Source: Callorhinchus milii (taxonomy: Eukaryota). From it: DNA of 64,000 bases. A program made the translations under genes and the position numbers. The stretch covers positions 1,240,001 to 1,304,000 of the forward strand of contig NW_024704751.1 in assembly GCF_018977255.1 (NCBI RefSeq), in the 5' to 3' direction. A model generated the notes under the pieces. It worked only from the letters and a program-made list of their open reading frames with translations, was not told the origin of the DNA and did not search any database. This document shows, piece after piece, positions 62,027 through 64,000 of the stretch. Every line of letters begins with the position of its first letter. Position 1 is the stretch's first letter.

Positions 62027-62092
62027 GTCAATACAGAAGTGGCTGGAGAAAGTCACAATGAGCCTGCAGCACAAATAGAAGATGAGACCGAG
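62027..62092 (+). CDS. RFFL: RFFL third coding exon
   Basis: cacag|VNTEVAGESHNEPAAQIEDETE|gtgtgt; phase 0-0. Confidence 0.8.
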
Positions 62093-62179
62093 GTGTGTTG
62101 CTTATCCTTGTTTCGTTGGGGTTGCAAATGATGCAAATGTTTATATGATGCGCTTAACTCTGGGGTGAGCAGGAGTTTT

Positions 62180-62541
62180 GGGGATCCTGTAGCCCAGTGG
62201 TTAGAGCACTCACCTCGCAAGCGAGAGGACCTGGGTTCGATTCCCCGGTAGGATGAAACATTGGGCAAGTTTCCTTATTCCACATGCCTCTGTTTACCAG
62301 CAGTAAGTAGGAGCCCGGTTGTTAGTCAATTGGCGGGTCGCTTTTCCGGGGGTAATAATCCCTTCAAAAAAAAAAGAAAAAAATTGGTCACTTCATGACT
62401 GTTTGTGTGACTCTGCTGTGCAGGCTGCTGCTTTTGACCCTCAAAATACAATCAATTCACTTTACAATATATTCTGTAAAGAGCTTTAAGACATCTCGAA
62501 GATGTGATAAGGCGCTATATCAAAATGCAAGGATTATTATA
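62180..62541 (+). mobile_element. tRNA-derived SINE with L2-type tail
   Basis: TAGCCCAGTGG A box, GGTTCGATTCC B box; full length. Confidence 0.88.
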
Positions 62542-62577
62542 ATCCTAACTTGGGAATTCTGATTCCGTTTCCCACAG

Positions 62578-62791
62578 TCCATCGATTCAGAGGAAGTTCT
62601 TGTTCCAGGCCGTCACCGAGCCTCACTTTCTGACCTGACGTGTGTAGAAGATATAGAAACACTCACCGTGCGCCAACTCAAAGAGATTCTAGCACGAAAT
62701 TTTGTAAATTACAAAGGCTGCTGTGAAAAATGGGAGTTAATGGAGAGAGTGACCCGGCTTTACAGAGAACAGAAGAACCTTCAAAACCTGG
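62578..62791 (+). CDS. RFFL: RFFL fourth coding exon (SAP2)
   Basis: [62 protein letters not shown]; G|GTAAGA donor. Confidence 0.95.
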
Positions 62792-62809
62792 GTAAGAGAG
62801 GATTGCAGT

Positions 62810-63510
62810 CTCTTGGTGACATCATCTGCAGACATGGGGTCAACTTCCACATGTATGTGGATGACACCCAACTCTACCCCTCTGCCTCCACCTTCAACTC
62901 CAGGACCCACTGCTGTCCTGACAGAATGTCTGTCAGACATCAAGTCCTGAATGATTTCTTCAGTTGAACGTCAACAAGACCGGGGCTCTCCTGATTGGCT
63001 CCCGTCAGTGCCTCCACACCTCAGGCACTGACAGCATCACCATCCATGGTTGCACACTCCACCTTGCTAAGCCAGTCCGGAACCTCGGCGTCTTTTTTGA
63101 CCCTCAACTATCCTTTCTACCCCACATCTGTGCCATGACACGCTCTGCCTTCCCCCACCTCAGCGACGTCACCCGGCTCCACCACTCTCACATCGCAGGC
63201 CACCGAAACCCTCATACACGCCTTCATAACATCGAGGCTCGACTATGCAAACTCATTGCTTGTCGGCCTCCCCAACTCCTCCCTCCACAGGCTGCAGATC
63301 ATCCAGAATTCTGCAGCCCGTGTCCTCTCCCGCACTAGGCTCCATGACCCTATCACCCCCATCCTTGCCCAACTCCACTGGCTTCCAATCACACAGCGGA
63401 TACAGTTCAAGATTCTGGTCTTCACCTTCAAAGACCTCCACGGTCTTGCTCCCCCCCCCACCTCTGCGACCTCCTAACCCTCTACATCTTGTTTGCTCCC
63501 TCCACTCAGC
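62810..63510 (+). mobile_element. L2 internal RT fragment
   Basis: [22 protein letters not shown]...QNSAARVLSRTRLHDPITPILAQLHWLPI, with frameshifts. Confidence 0.9.
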
Positions 63511-63512
63511 AT

Positions 63513-64000
63513 CCTAGGTAGGGTAGTAAATAGTGAGGAGGACGTAACCAACTGCAAGCAGACATACACAGAATGGTGGAATGGGCTGACATGTGGCAGA
63601 TGGATTTCAATGTGTGAGGTGATACACTTAGTAGGAAAAATGATAGTAGGCAATATAGACTTGGGAGCTCAATCTTAAAGGAGGTGAACGTACAGAGAGA
63701 TCTGGGTGTTCATCATTAAAGGTAGCGGAGCAGGTAGATACGGCAGTAAAAAAGGCATTTGGTGTACTGAGCTTTATTAGTAGGGGCATAGAGTATAAGA
63801 GTAGGGGTTATGGTTAATCTATACAAAACACTGGTTAGGCCTCAGCTGGAGTACTGTGTCCAGTTCTGGGCACCTTACTTCAGGAAGGACATTAAGGCAC
63901 TGGAAAGGGTGCAGAGTAGATTCACGAGAATGATACCAGGAATGGGGAACCTTAGCTATGAGGACAGTGGAGAAATTAGGACTTTTCTCATTAGAGCAGC
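63513..64000 (+). mobile_element. CR1 fragment (runs off the window)
   Basis: LGRVVNSEED...; CTATACAAAACACTGGTTAGGCCTCAGCTGGAGTACTGTGTCCAGTTCTGG (LYKTLVRPQLEYCVQFW). Confidence 0.88.

Larger units (their letters stand above)
56902..62791 (+). other. RFFL: RFFL (rififylin/CARP2) E3 ligase gene, partial (3' exons beyond the window)
   Basis: join(56902..57078,59669..60079,62027..62092,62578..62791). The N-terminal xxxCCNWFC fits RFFL rather than RNF34; FYVE-like zinc finger and two SAP-like repeats. Confidence 0.93.

Noticed and set aside
56902-62791. RNF34 as an alternative identity
   Set aside because: The N-terminal CCNWFC and QAYxNxGY..PSP motifs match RFFL.

Overview
Vertebrate nuclear DNA, not prokaryotic. 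The repeat content (dense tRNA/Deu-domain SINEs with L2-type tails, plus L2, CR1 and Penelope-like remnants) points to a cartilaginous fish, possibly a holocephalan; this is inference. I reconstructed five intron-containing genes by hand from GT-AG junctions and reading-frame phase: MYBBP1A exon 1 (-), complete EIF4H (+, 6 coding exons, 237 aa), a LAT2/NTAL-like adaptor built from 11 small exons (+, about 209 aa, mostly invisible to the ORF track), complete RFC2 (-, 11 exons, 370 aa) and the first four coding exons of RFFL (+; the RING exons lie beyond the window). MYBBP1A/EIF4H and RFC2/RFFL are head-to-head pairs. The very long ORFs at 43.0-45.8 kb come from a (TGT)n-containing minisatellite, not a gene. 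I see no clearly novel multi-gene system. The best leads are a possible intronic-polyadenylation or poison-exon module in EIF4H intron 4, inverted L2 copies bracketing two RFFL exons, a 740-bp duplication carrying a PU.1-like site in LAT2, the polarised minisatellite, and L2 insertions with apparent target-site duplications.
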